From: Planctomycetota bacterium
Lineage (GTDB): Bacteria; Planctomycetota; UBA8108; SXIK01
Reading direction: 5' to 3'
Assembly (NCBI GenBank): GCA_965223845.1
Contig: CBDCXR010000004.1
Coordinates: 1,792,001 to 1,856,000 of the forward strand
Length of the DNA stretch: 64,000 nt
The position numbers and the translations under genes are program-made. The stretch's first letter is position 1, and each line of letters opens with the position of its first letter. The notes beneath the pieces are model-generated. The model saw only the letters and a list, made by a program, of their open reading frames with translations, was not told the DNA's origin and made no database searches. Shown here piece by piece: positions 9,688 through 18,084 of this stretch.

Positions 9688-11353
9688 GGCACCAGCCCTT
9701 GATCTCGGCGTCGCCGAACATCTTGCCGATGACGCGCCGGAGGAGACCCTTCACGCTCGCGTTGCCGAGCGGCCAGAGAGACCGTATCGCCTCTTCCTTG
9801 TAGGCGTCGAAGAGCTCGCGGCAGCGAGCGACCGCGCCGAGCTCTTCCATGCGGCGCCGCACGGTGTCGGCGGGAACGGCCGCCTCGCGTCGCCAGAGTG
9901 CGTCGAAGAGCTCCCGATCGACTCCCTTCGCCTTTTCCCGCGCCACCGCGAGCGGAAGCGTCGGACGCAGAGCTTCGAGGTCGCCGGCCTCCGCCGTTTC
10001 GGCGAGATCGTCGAGGTCGTCGCGAATCTGGTACGCGATGCCGAGGGAGCGACTGAAATCCGTCACCACCTTCGCCGTCGCGTCGTCGCCGCCGCCGTAG
10101 AGAAGTCCGATCTGGAGCGCGACCTCGAATGCGGGCGCCGTCTTCTCGCGAAAGATGTTCACCACATCGATCGGCGCGAGTGGAGCGGGCCGGCGGGCCC
10201 AGCAGAGTTCTGCACCCTGGCCGCGGCAGAGCGTCCGGTGTCCTTCGGCCGCGACGCGAAGCATCGCGGCGCGCGTTTCAGGCGCCGCCTCGCACTCCGC
10301 GAGGATTCGGTACCCTTCGCCGATCAGAAGGTCGCCGACGTTGAGCGCGACCGGGACGCCGAGCTCGGCGTGGAGAGTCTCTTCGCCGTAGCGCACCGCA
10401 TCGTCGTCCTCGATGTCGTCGTGGACGAGCGATGCCTTGTGGAAACACTCGACGGCGATCGCGACGCGACGAAGATCGTCCGCGAGCTCCGCGTCGGGTT
10501 CCGCAGCGAGCGCCTGCTGCATCGCCACCGTCAGAATCGGACGCCAGCGCTTTCCGCTCCGTGCGAGCCAGGCGCGCGCGATCTCCTCCGTCTCCCCGGT
10601 CGGCTTGCCGAGAAGACGATCGAGCGACTCGCGCGTAAACCACTCGCGCACCTCGTCGCGGAGCGCGGCGAGGTCGAGGCGGCGCGTGCGATCGTCAGCC
10701 GTGAGCTGGATGACGTCCCAAATCCACTCCAGGTCGACGTTCGTATCCACGCAGTCGTCCTGCAGAAGCGGAATCGCCACGCCCGGGATCGCGGCCGCCT
10801 CCATGTACGGAAACGCGCGCTCGAGCACGCTGAGACAGCTCACCCCGACGATCGCATCGATCTTGCCGGTCTCGATGATCGACATCACGATGGGCGATCC
10901 CTCGGCGACCAGAACGGCGTAGCCGAGCCGCTCTGCCTCGGACTGGAGATCCTGAATCGAGCACATGCCGCACTTCTTGCAGAGGAGCCCGAACTCGTCG
11001 AAGGGCGCCGGACAGTGGGACTCGAGTCGGAGGCACTTCGGGAGGAGGAGAAGACGGCGCTCGAACGGAATCGTCGCGAGAGTCTCTCGCCAGAGCTCGT
11101 TGTTGAGAAGCACGCCGGTGAAGTCGACGAAGTTCTGGTCGATGCCAGTCTTCTTCAGAAGCTCGAGCGTCCTCTCACGCAGGGCGTCGATCGGAACCGG
11201 CGGAACGAGATCGTTCTCGGCGACGTAGCCGCGGACGAGTTCGCGCAGTCGCTCGCGCTCGGCGGCGGTCGCGGGGATGTTGCTCTGCGTGGGCCGACTC
11301 GGAATCTCGGCCGGCAGAGTCGGCAGCAGCTTGAGCGGAGGGGGGCTCGACAC
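9629..11353 (-). CDS. Polyprenyl diphosphate synthase with N-terminal Cys-rich DUF116-like domain
   Basis: GKRWRP, HKASLVHDDIED (FARM), KTA, YQIRDDLDD (SARM). N-terminal LPKCLR..CPA..CKKCGMCSI..GVSC. Confidence 0.85.
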   Translation of the reverse strand: MSSPPPLKLLPTLPAEIPSRPTQSNIPATAAERERLRELVRGYVAENDLVPPVPIDALRERTLELLKKTGIDQNFVDFTGVLLNNELWRETLATIPFERRLLLLPKCLRLESHCPAPFDEFGLLCKKCGMCSIQDLQSEAERLGYAVLVAEGSPIVMSIIETGKIDAIVGVSCLSVLERAFPYMEAAAIPGVAIPLLQDDCVDTNVDLEWIWDVIQLTADDRTRRLDLAALRDEVREWFTRESLDRLLGKPTGETEEIARAWLARSGKRWRPILTVAMQQALAAEPDAELADDLRRVAIAVECFHKASLVHDDIEDDDAVRYGEETLHAELGVPVALNVGDLLIGEGYRILAECEAAPETRAAMLRVAAEGHRTLCRGQGAELCWARRPAPLAPIDVVNIFREKTAPAFEVALQIGLLYGGGDDATAKVVTDFSRSLGIAYQIRDDLDDLAETAEAGDLEALRPTLPLAVAREKAKGVDRELFDALWRREAAVPADTVRRRMEELGAVARCRELFDAYKEEAIRSLWPLGNASVKGLLRRVIGKMFGDAEIKGWCREHETRNAAGRETGAAASA

Positions 11354-11383
11354 GGTGTTCAGTCTCCCGGTGCTTCTCTCTCG

Positions 11384-12271
11384 TCAAGAGGACTCGCCCG
11401 AAGGCGCGTCCGCGCTCCCAGTGTTCGGCCCTCGAGCTCCCGCCTCAGCGGCTCGGGCGCGAATCTCGTCCATCGACGGAAGCGACATCAGCACTTCCTC
11501 GGGGATGTCGAGATCGGACTGCAGCTTCTTCAGGCAGCGCATTCGCTCCTTGAGAGCCTTGCTCTCATCGCGCTCTTTCGAGAATCGCGACTCCGCCCGT
11601 CGATGGCGCTCCCGGAGAGCGCTGTAGATATCGCCGCCGAGTAGGGCGGAGATGTCGACCTTCATTTTCTCGCGCTCGACGTCCTCGTCACTCACGTTCG
11701 CGCCGTTGATGGGGCCGGCGCCGTATTTCGGGAAGAGGATGGCGACTTCCGGGCAAACCCGCGAGCAGGCCGGGCAGTTCGTCTTACACTTGTCCGGGTT
11801 CTTCACTTCGATCTGCGAATCCGCGTCGACCCCGTAGACGTCGAACAGGCAGAAGCTGAGGCACTGCATGCAGTTCGTGCAGCGCTCGAAGTCGATAACG
11901 GGAAACCACGGCTTCCACGCGCCCGGCTCGGGCGCACCGGCGTCTCGCGCCACGGATTCGACGAGCTCCGCCACGGCCGTCGGCTCGACCGAAGCGATGT
12001 CGTGCACTCCGTTGTGTTCGGCGGAGGATTCCGGCTTCTCGTCACGACCGTCGCGAAGAACGATCGTATCGGCCGGGAGAGCCTCGTTCCCTCCGCCCGC
12101 GAACGACGAGGCATCGCTGCCGGCGTACCGCACGGCGAAGCCCTTCTCGAGCACGGCCTTCAAGACGTCGCGCCGGCGCTCGACGGCCGCGTCCGAGTCG
12201 GCGACGGGGCCGCGCAAGAGCACGGGAACTCTCGCCCGCGAGGGGGCTGGGGTCGCTGCTTGGGGCGGCAC
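11384..12271 (-). CDS. 2[4Fe-4S] ferredoxin-domain protein
   Basis: CTNCMQCLSFC and CKTNCPACSRVCP cluster motifs. Confidence 0.85.
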   Translation of the reverse strand: MPPQAATPAPSRARVPVLLRGPVADSDAAVERRRDVLKAVLEKGFAVRYAGSDASSFAGGGNEALPADTIVLRDGRDEKPESSAEHNGVHDIASVEPTAVAELVESVARDAGAPEPGAWKPWFPVIDFERCTNCMQCLSFCLFDVYGVDADSQIEVKNPDKCKTNCPACSRVCPEVAILFPKYGAGPINGANVSDEDVEREKMKVDISALLGGDIYSALRERHRRAESRFSKERDESKALKERMRCLKKLQSDLDIPEEVLMSLPSMDEIRARAAEAGARGPNTGSADAPSGESS

Positions 12272-12349
12272 TGGGCTTCCTCCGACTCGGTCGGCTCCGC
12301 GGTTAGTGTTCCCGACCGAGCCGCGTCGCTCGGTCGCGCCGTCGTCGAT

Positions 12350-12721
12350 TCAGGTCTCCGCACTCGCGGGTCGCGCGGAAGGCTCGCGAAGAAGCGTCTC
12401 GACGATCGTCTTCGGATCCTCTTCGCGCATGTTGCAGATCTCGACCGGAGGTGCAGACTCCCCCTCAGCCAGCGGCGCTCCCGCCGCCTTGAAGAGCCAC
12501 TTCACCGACCGGGGAAAACAGGCCGCGATGCGAACCTCGGCGTTCGGTTCCGCCAATCGCGCGAGAGACGGGTCGCGCCGAGCCGAGAGTTCACACAGGT
12601 CGGCGACCGCCTCGAACGGTTCGCCCGAGCGGGCGAGCTCCGCGAGAACCGCATCCTTTACGCCAGGCGAGATGATCTTCGCGTAGGCGCAATGGCAGTA
12701 GAGGATCCGAGTCGGTGCCAT
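12350..12721 (-). CDS. Small Cys-motif protein (possible Fe-S partner of the ferredoxin gene)
   Basis: YCHC, DLC and ACFPR motifs. Start placed at ATG 12721, downstream of the predicted promoter. Confidence 0.65.
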   Translation of the reverse strand: MAPTRILYCHCAYAKIISPGVKDAVLAELARSGEPFEAVADLCELSARRDPSLARLAEPNAEVRIAACFPRSVKWLFKAAGAPLAEGESAPPVEICNMREEDPKTIVETLLREPSARPASAET

Positions 12722-12779
12722 GAGAAGTACCACGAGATAAACCCCGGTCGAGGAGACGACTCTCGGGCCGAATCCCGAC

Positions 12780-12808
12780 ATGCTATCAGGATCGGCGGAG
12801 GATGTCAG
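12780..12808 (-). promoter_or_regulatory. Putative sigma70 promoter CTGACA-N17-TAGCAT with extended -10 TG
   Basis: Read directly in the 200-bp gap between the CobW gene and the Cys-protein gene. Confidence 0.5.
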
Positions 12809-12931
12809 CTCCCGTGCCAGGGAAGCCAAGACGGGATAGGGAGTTACGTCGATTGCGCGGAGCTCGGAGCGCGCTCGGCGGCGGCCGGGCGCACGAGTCC
12901 CGAGATTCTCCTCGGGGCTTCGCTCCTCCCG

Positions 12932-14029
12932 TCATTCCTCCATGCGGTGCGTCGGCTGGGGCTCGCCCGGACGGAAGCTCTCGAGATCGTCGACCCGGAC
13001 GTCGGGGACCGAGATCTCCTCGAGGACCGACGCGACGGCTTCGCGGAGGACCGCGGGATCGGCCTCGGCGCGCAGATTGATGATCAGCTCGCCCGAACGA
13101 ATCGGGGTAGAGAGGCGCATTCCCGTCTCGGGGACGAATTCATTGCCGACGAGCTGACTCACCGCGAGCTCGCCGAGCACGGTACCGCTCGAGAGCGTGA
13201 GTTTCAGGTGCGCGATGTCGCGGACGTCACCCCGCAGGCGCTCCTGCAGCGACGCCATGATCCCGTCGACGAACGCGTTGCCGTCGAACTCTTCGGCGTG
13301 GCTCACGGTCGCGGTCGCGTTCAGCCACCCGAGGAGAGCCTCGCCCTCGCCGTAGATCGCGTAGTCGAGGTCCATCGCTTTCCCGCCCGGGAGATCCTCC
13401 GCGAGGATCCGATCGAGCCACGCGTCGAGGCCCTCGCCGCTCCGCGCCGAGACCTGAATCACGTCCGCACGCGCAAAGCGTTCCGCGAGAGCGCTCTCGA
13501 GCGCACGTCTCTCGTCCGGCGAGAGCAGATCGATCTTGTTGATCGCGATGAGGTGCGCCTCCTCGAGCTGCTTCTCGTAGATGTAGACGACTTTGCGCGA
13601 GAATTGCCGTCCGGATTCGAGCCCGAGTACCCGCATCGCTCGGCGCGGATCGACGAGCACGGTGAGCGGGGCGATCCGATAGCGCTCACCGTACATTCGC
13701 CGTAGCGGGTAACTGACCGAGGCGACGAGATCGGTGCAACTACCGACCGGCTCAGCGAGGAATACGTCGGGGCGATTCGCCGCGCTGAGATTGTCCGCCG
13801 CCGCGAGGAGGGAGCTGAACCGGCAGCAGAAACAACCGCCCGCGATCTCTTCAACGGCGTAGCCGCGCGCGCGGAGGAACCGCGTATCGACGAGGCCCTC
13901 TCCCTGATCGTTCGTGATCAATCCCACGGAGAGTCCCCGGGCGACGATCCGCTTCGCGAGCTCGGCGAGGGCCGTCGATTTACCCGCGCCGAGGAAGCCG
14001 CCGACCATGATGTAGTGTGCTCGATCCAA
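12932..14029 (-). CDS. CobW/COG0523-like G3E metallochaperone GTPase
   Basis: GGFLGAGKST, GGCFCC metal motif, EPVGSC, NKID. Confidence 0.85.
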   Translation of the reverse strand: MDRAHYIMVGGFLGAGKSTALAELAKRIVARGLSVGLITNDQGEGLVDTRFLRARGYAVEEIAGGCFCCRFSSLLAAADNLSAANRPDVFLAEPVGSCTDLVASVSYPLRRMYGERYRIAPLTVLVDPRRAMRVLGLESGRQFSRKVVYIYEKQLEEAHLIAINKIDLLSPDERRALESALAERFARADVIQVSARSGEGLDAWLDRILAEDLPGGKAMDLDYAIYGEGEALLGWLNATATVSHAEEFDGNAFVDGIMASLQERLRGDVRDIAHLKLTLSSGTVLGELAVSQLVGNEFVPETGMRLSTPIRSGELIINLRAEADPAVLREAVASVLEEISVPDVRVDDLESFRPGEPQPTHRMEE

Positions 14030-14059
14030 GGGATCCTCGAGTTTTCTCGTATCGGTGGG

Positions 14060-14566
14060 TCAGCAGTCGGCGCCACCCGCGCCGAGGTCCACTCCGCTCC
14101 GCCAGGGTTGCTCGAGCATCTTGTCGATCGTCGCGTGGAGCTGCGCGACGTATCCCTCGACGTCGACGGCCTTCGGATCGGGCGTCCCGCGGAGCGCGAA
14201 CAGCCAACCGTCGCCGTACGGATCCTTGCAGATCAGCTCGGGGTCCTCGCGGACGGCGGGATTCACGCCAGCGAATTCACCGCCCGCCACAGAATAGATA
14301 TCCGAGACCGCCTTAAACCCTTCGATCCAGCCGAGGGCCTGCGCGACCTCGACTTTTTGCCCCTCGTCGACTTCAAACTCGAACTCCACGATTTCGCCGA
14401 GCATTCGAGTTGCGAACCCGGTGAGTCCGACTCGCCACGTGGATGCGTCCTTCTCGTCGGGGCACGTGAGCCAGTAGTGCGAGAGCGTGTAGACGTACTC
14501 GCGGGGCAGTCGAGTCGAGAAGTGGTTTCGCTTGAAGCGAATCGGGCCGTCGTCCGGGGCGGTCAT
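14060..14566 (-). CDS. Glycine cleavage H-like (lipoyl-carrier fold) protein
   Basis: YTLSHYW, RVGLTGFA..LGEIV, IEGFKAVSDIYS (Lys retained), DPYGDGW. Start trimmed to ATG 14566. Confidence 0.8.
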   Translation of the reverse strand: MTAPDDGPIRFKRNHFSTRLPREYVYTLSHYWLTCPDEKDASTWRVGLTGFATRMLGEIVEFEFEVDEGQKVEVAQALGWIEGFKAVSDIYSVAGGEFAGVNPAVREDPELICKDPYGDGWLFALRGTPDPKAVDVEGYVAQLHATIDKMLEQPWRSGVDLGAGGADC

Positions 14567-14580
14567 CGGTGTGACTTTTC

Positions 14581-15786
14581 TCAGCGCTCGCCGGTTGGAA
14601 GGCAGTGATCGGCGCGCGGGGCCGATCGGGGTCGAGCGCGCAGCTCGGTCACGGCCGCGATCACCGAGTCGGCGGCTCGCTCGATCTCGTCGGGCGTCGT
14701 CGTTCGTCCGAGACCGAATCGCAGCGACCCCTCCGCGGCCGCGCTCGAGCCGTAGAGCATCTGGAGGACGTAGGAGCCGGTTTGCTTCGCCGACGAACAC
14801 GCGGCGCCGGACGAGACCGCGACGCTGGGGATGGCGCGGAGGAGGTCCTCGCTGTGAACGCCGAATCCGACGCTCAGATTGTTCGGGAGACGATCCGTCA
14901 TCGTTCCGTGGAGGGTGACACCCTCGAGCCCCGTGCGCAGACGGTGCCAGAGGCGGTCCCGCAGTTTGGAGATGCGTTCGCTGTCGCGGTCTCGCTCCTC
15001 GGCGACGATCGCGGCCGCGCAGCCGAAGCCCACGATCCCCGGAACGTTGAGTGTTCCCGACCGCAGACCGCGCTCGTGTCCACCCCCGTCGATTTGCGCG
15101 CGCAGTCGCACCCGCGGCCGACGCCGGCGCACATAGAGGGCGCCGACGCCTTTCGGCCCGTACATCTTATGCGCGGAAAGCGAGAGGAGATCGACGCCGA
15201 GCTCGTCGACCCCGAGCGGAAGATGCGCTCCGGCCTGGGCGGCGTCCGAATGAAGGAGCGTGCCGTGCCGACGACAAATCGCCGAGATCTCTCGGAGCGG
15301 ATGCACCGTGCCGATCTCGTTGTTCGCGTACATGAGGGAAACGAGCGCAGTCTCGTCGCGAATCGCATTCTCGAGTCGATCGAGGTCGAGCGTTCCGTCC
15401 GCGTCGACTCCGAGATAGGTCACCTCGAACCCGTCTTCCTCGAGGCGTGCGCAGGTATCGAGAACCGCTTTGTGCTCGGTCCCACAGGTGACCAGGTGTC
15501 GTCCGCGCGCACCGGTCGCGGTCATGACGCCTTTGAGCGCGAGGTTGTTCGATTCCGTCGCGCCCGAGGTGAATACGATCTCGCGGGGATCCGCGGCGAG
15601 CAGATCGGCGACTTCCGCGCGTGCGCGCTCGACGTGGCGAGCCGCGGCCCGTCCGGCCGCGTGCTGTGCGCTCGCGGCGTTTCCGAACGTCTCCGCGAAC
15701 ATCGGGAGCATCGCTTCGACGACGCGGGGATCGCACGGCGTCGTCGCGTGGTGATCGAGATAAATCGGTGAAAATTCAGCGGCCAA
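14581..15786 (-). CDS. iscS: Cysteine desulfurase (IscS/NifS type)
   Basis: YLDHHATTP, FTSGATESNN, SAHKMYGPKG (PLP Lys), SSGAACSS (catalytic Cys). Start uncertain; TTG 15786 chosen. Confidence 0.88.
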   Translation of the reverse strand: MAAEFSPIYLDHHATTPCDPRVVEAMLPMFAETFGNAASAQHAAGRAAARHVERARAEVADLLAADPREIVFTSGATESNNLALKGVMTATGARGRHLVTCGTEHKAVLDTCARLEEDGFEVTYLGVDADGTLDLDRLENAIRDETALVSLMYANNEIGTVHPLREISAICRRHGTLLHSDAAQAGAHLPLGVDELGVDLLSLSAHKMYGPKGVGALYVRRRRPRVRLRAQIDGGGHERGLRSGTLNVPGIVGFGCAAAIVAEERDRDSERISKLRDRLWHRLRTGLEGVTLHGTMTDRLPNNLSVGFGVHSEDLLRAIPSVAVSSGAACSSAKQTGSYVLQMLYGSSAAAEGSLRFGLGRTTTPDEIERAADSVIAAVTELRARPRSAPRADHCLPTGER

Positions 15787-16208
15787 GAGAGGTCCGAACG
15801 GGGACGTGGCGAGGTCGGAGAGCAGTCTCGGTGGTGGTCTACGCGGTGCCGGAGATTCTATCGCGACTCGCACGATCGATCCAAAACCGTCGGCGACGCG
15901 AGCCGCTTGGGCCGCGGCGGCCGCCCGAGCGTTTTCGGTACTTGTCGGGAGCGGTTCCCGACCGACCGCTCGCGACGAGCACCGGCGCGACTCCCGCGCG
16001 GCGGGGCGATTCCCGTCGCATCCTTCGGGCGAGGAGGATCTCAATCTTGCCCGCTCGAGTCCGAGCGCGCCTCGGCGCGCTGTGGGTCGAAATCCTTTCT
16101 TGTCCGGCAGCCGCCCTCTTATGATCACTCTGTCCCGACTTCAAACGCTGAGACAGCCGAGTCGAGTGACGTCGATTTCTCCATCTCTCCGCGACTCTCA
16201 CCAACGCG

Positions 16209-17513
16209 ATGACGACGCCCCTCTCCGAAGAAGATACCGAAGTCGGTAGTTACTTCATCTCGAACTACCCGCCGTTCAGCTTTTGGAAGCCGGAGCACGT
16301 AGATTCCGCCCGGGCGGCCATCGATCGATCGCCCGCGCCGGACGTACCGCTCGGACTCTATCTCCACATCCCGTTTTGCCGAAAACGGTGCAAGTTCTGC
16401 TACTTTCGGGTCTACACCGAAAAGAACAGCCGTGAAGTGGAGCGCTATCTAGCCGCACTCGTTCGCGAGATCGCTCTATACAGCGAGCGGCCCGTCCTCG
16501 AGGGGCGACCGTTTCGATTCGCGTATTTCGGCGGTGGAACGCCGTCGTTCCTCAGCGAGAAGCAGCTCCTCTCCCTGGTCGATCGACTGCGCGCGTCGAT
16601 CGATTGGGACGACGCCGAGGAGGTCACGTTCGAGTGCGAGCCGGGAACGCTCACCGAACGAAAGCTGCGGGCGATCCGCGAGCTGGGAGTGACGCGCCTC
16701 AGTCTCGGCATCGAGAATTTCGACGACGCCATTCTCGAAGAGAACGGACGGGCACACCGCAGTCCGGAAGTGTTTCGCGCGTACGAGTGGGCTCGGGCGA
16801 TCGGATTCCCACAGATCAACGTCGATCTCATCGCCGGGATGGTCGGTGAAACGACAGAGAACTGGCACGAGTGTGTGCGGAAGACGATCGAGCTCGCGCC
16901 CGATTCGGTGACGATCTACCAGCTCGAGCTTCCGTTCAACGCGGTGTACTCGAGCGAGCTCCGAACGGGCGGCGAAGTCTCCGTCGCGACGTGGGGGCGG
17001 AAGCGGGAGTGGGTGGCCTACGCGTTCGACGCGCTGCGCGAAGCCGGCTATTCCGTCTCGAGCGCTTACACCATGGTGAAGGACCCCGACGCCAAGTTCG
17101 TCTATCGCGATGCGCTCTGGCGCGGCGCCGACATGCTCGGGACGGGGGTCGCTTCGTTTTCGCACGTCGCCGGCGTGCATTTTCAGAATCTTGACACCGA
17201 CACGCAGTACCTGGAGTCGCTCGAGAGCGGCGAGCTTCCGATCGGACGCGCGCTTCCCGTCACGGATCGCCAACGCATGATTCGCGAATTGATCCTCCAG
17301 CTCAAGCTCGGCTCGGTGGACCCGGCGTACTTTGAGCGCAAATTCGGGTTAAGGATCACGCGAGAGTTCGGTTCGGTCTGGGACGACCTTCGTGACCACG
17401 GGTATCTCGAGTCCGGCGACCCGCCCACTTTGACGCGAGACGGGCTTTTGCGCGTCGACGCGTTCCTCCCGCGATTCTTCGAGCCGGAGCACCAAGGCGC
17501 TCGGTATACGTAA
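16209..17513 (+). CDS. HemN-like radical SAM protein
   Basis: YLHIPFCRKRCKFC (CxxxCxxC), YFGGGTPS, N-terminal SNYPPF. Confidence 0.9.
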   Translation: MTTPLSEEDTEVGSYFISNYPPFSFWKPEHVDSARAAIDRSPAPDVPLGLYLHIPFCRKRCKFCYFRVYTEKNSREVERYLAALVREIALYSERPVLEGRPFRFAYFGGGTPSFLSEKQLLSLVDRLRASIDWDDAEEVTFECEPGTLTERKLRAIRELGVTRLSLGIENFDDAILEENGRAHRSPEVFRAYEWARAIGFPQINVDLIAGMVGETTENWHECVRKTIELAPDSVTIYQLELPFNAVYSSELRTGGEVSVATWGRKREWVAYAFDALREAGYSVSSAYTMVKDPDAKFVYRDALWRGADMLGTGVASFSHVAGVHFQNLDTDTQYLESLESGELPIGRALPVTDRQRMIRELILQLKLGSVDPAYFERKFGLRITREFGSVWDDLRDHGYLESGDPPTLTRDGLLRVDAFLPRFFEPEHQGARYT

Positions 17514-17526
17514 GTCGAATTCGGCC

Positions 17527-18084
17527 ATGACACCGACCGTTCAGCTGACGACTCTCCTCGATTCTTTCCCGGACGGTCCTTTCCGTTCGAGCGATCTAGA
17601 GCTCATCTCACCAGCCGAGGTGCCGGAGCCCTACGCGCGGCTCCTCGTCCACAACCACCACATGACGGTGACGCTCGAAGATTTCCACCGAGCGACGCTT
17701 TCTCTCCAGGTGCTTGGCGAGAAGCGGACGGACGACAGCTACACGCGGCGGCTCACGCTGAGCGTGGGCTCTCCTGAAGAAGACCGACGGGTCGTCCTCG
17801 CAGGAATCATGCGCATCGCGCTCGATCGCTGCAGCGACCGAGTACGGCACGAGATCCTCTCCGGGGCGACACCCCTCGGGCGAATCCTAATCTCGAATCG
17901 CGTTCTTCGCCGAGTCGAGTCCAACGCGTATCTTCGCGTGAAGCTGAGCGCGCCCATCCGGACGATGTTCGCGCTCGCCGATGACACCAAGGGGTTCGCC
18001 TACGGACGCATCGCGCGCATCTTCTGCGACGGTGAGCAGGCGATCGAGCTGCTCGAGATCGTTCCGCCGGAGCCGGAAGAATGA
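17527..18084 (+). CDS. Chorismate-lyase/UTRA-like fold protein
   Basis: LLVHNHHMTVTLE and ILSGATPLGRIL resemble UbiC/DUF98-type motifs (T..LE, PLG.IL). Confidence 0.5.
   Translation: MTPTVQLTTLLDSFPDGPFRSSDLELISPAEVPEPYARLLVHNHHMTVTLEDFHRATLSLQVLGEKRTDDSYTRRLTLSVGSPEEDRRVVLAGIMRIALDRCSDRVRHEILSGATPLGRILISNRVLRRVESNAYLRVKLSAPIRTMFALADDTKGFAYGRIARIFCDGEQAIELLEIVPPEPEE

Noticed and set aside
9680-11644. Long antisense/shadow ORFs (also 359-1918, 38559-40757, 49739-51472, 56377-58773)
   Set aside because: They overlap motif-bearing genes on the opposite strand, have no motifs of their own, and are expected at high GC.
12808-12848. Possible cobalamin riboswitch near the CobW gene (GCCAGGGAAG in a stem)
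   Set aside because: Too short, lacks the B12-box and other core elements, and the motif is on the strand opposite the genes.
15787-16128. N-terminal extensions in the ORF track (iscS; also 22691, 48776, 14800 starts)
   Set aside because: Low-complexity Arg/Ala/Pro sequence that overlaps neighbours or promoter regions; better downstream starts exist.
16209-17513. Calling the radical SAM enzyme hemN
   Set aside because: No heme-pathway context, and HemN-like families are functionally diverse, so the symbol was withheld.
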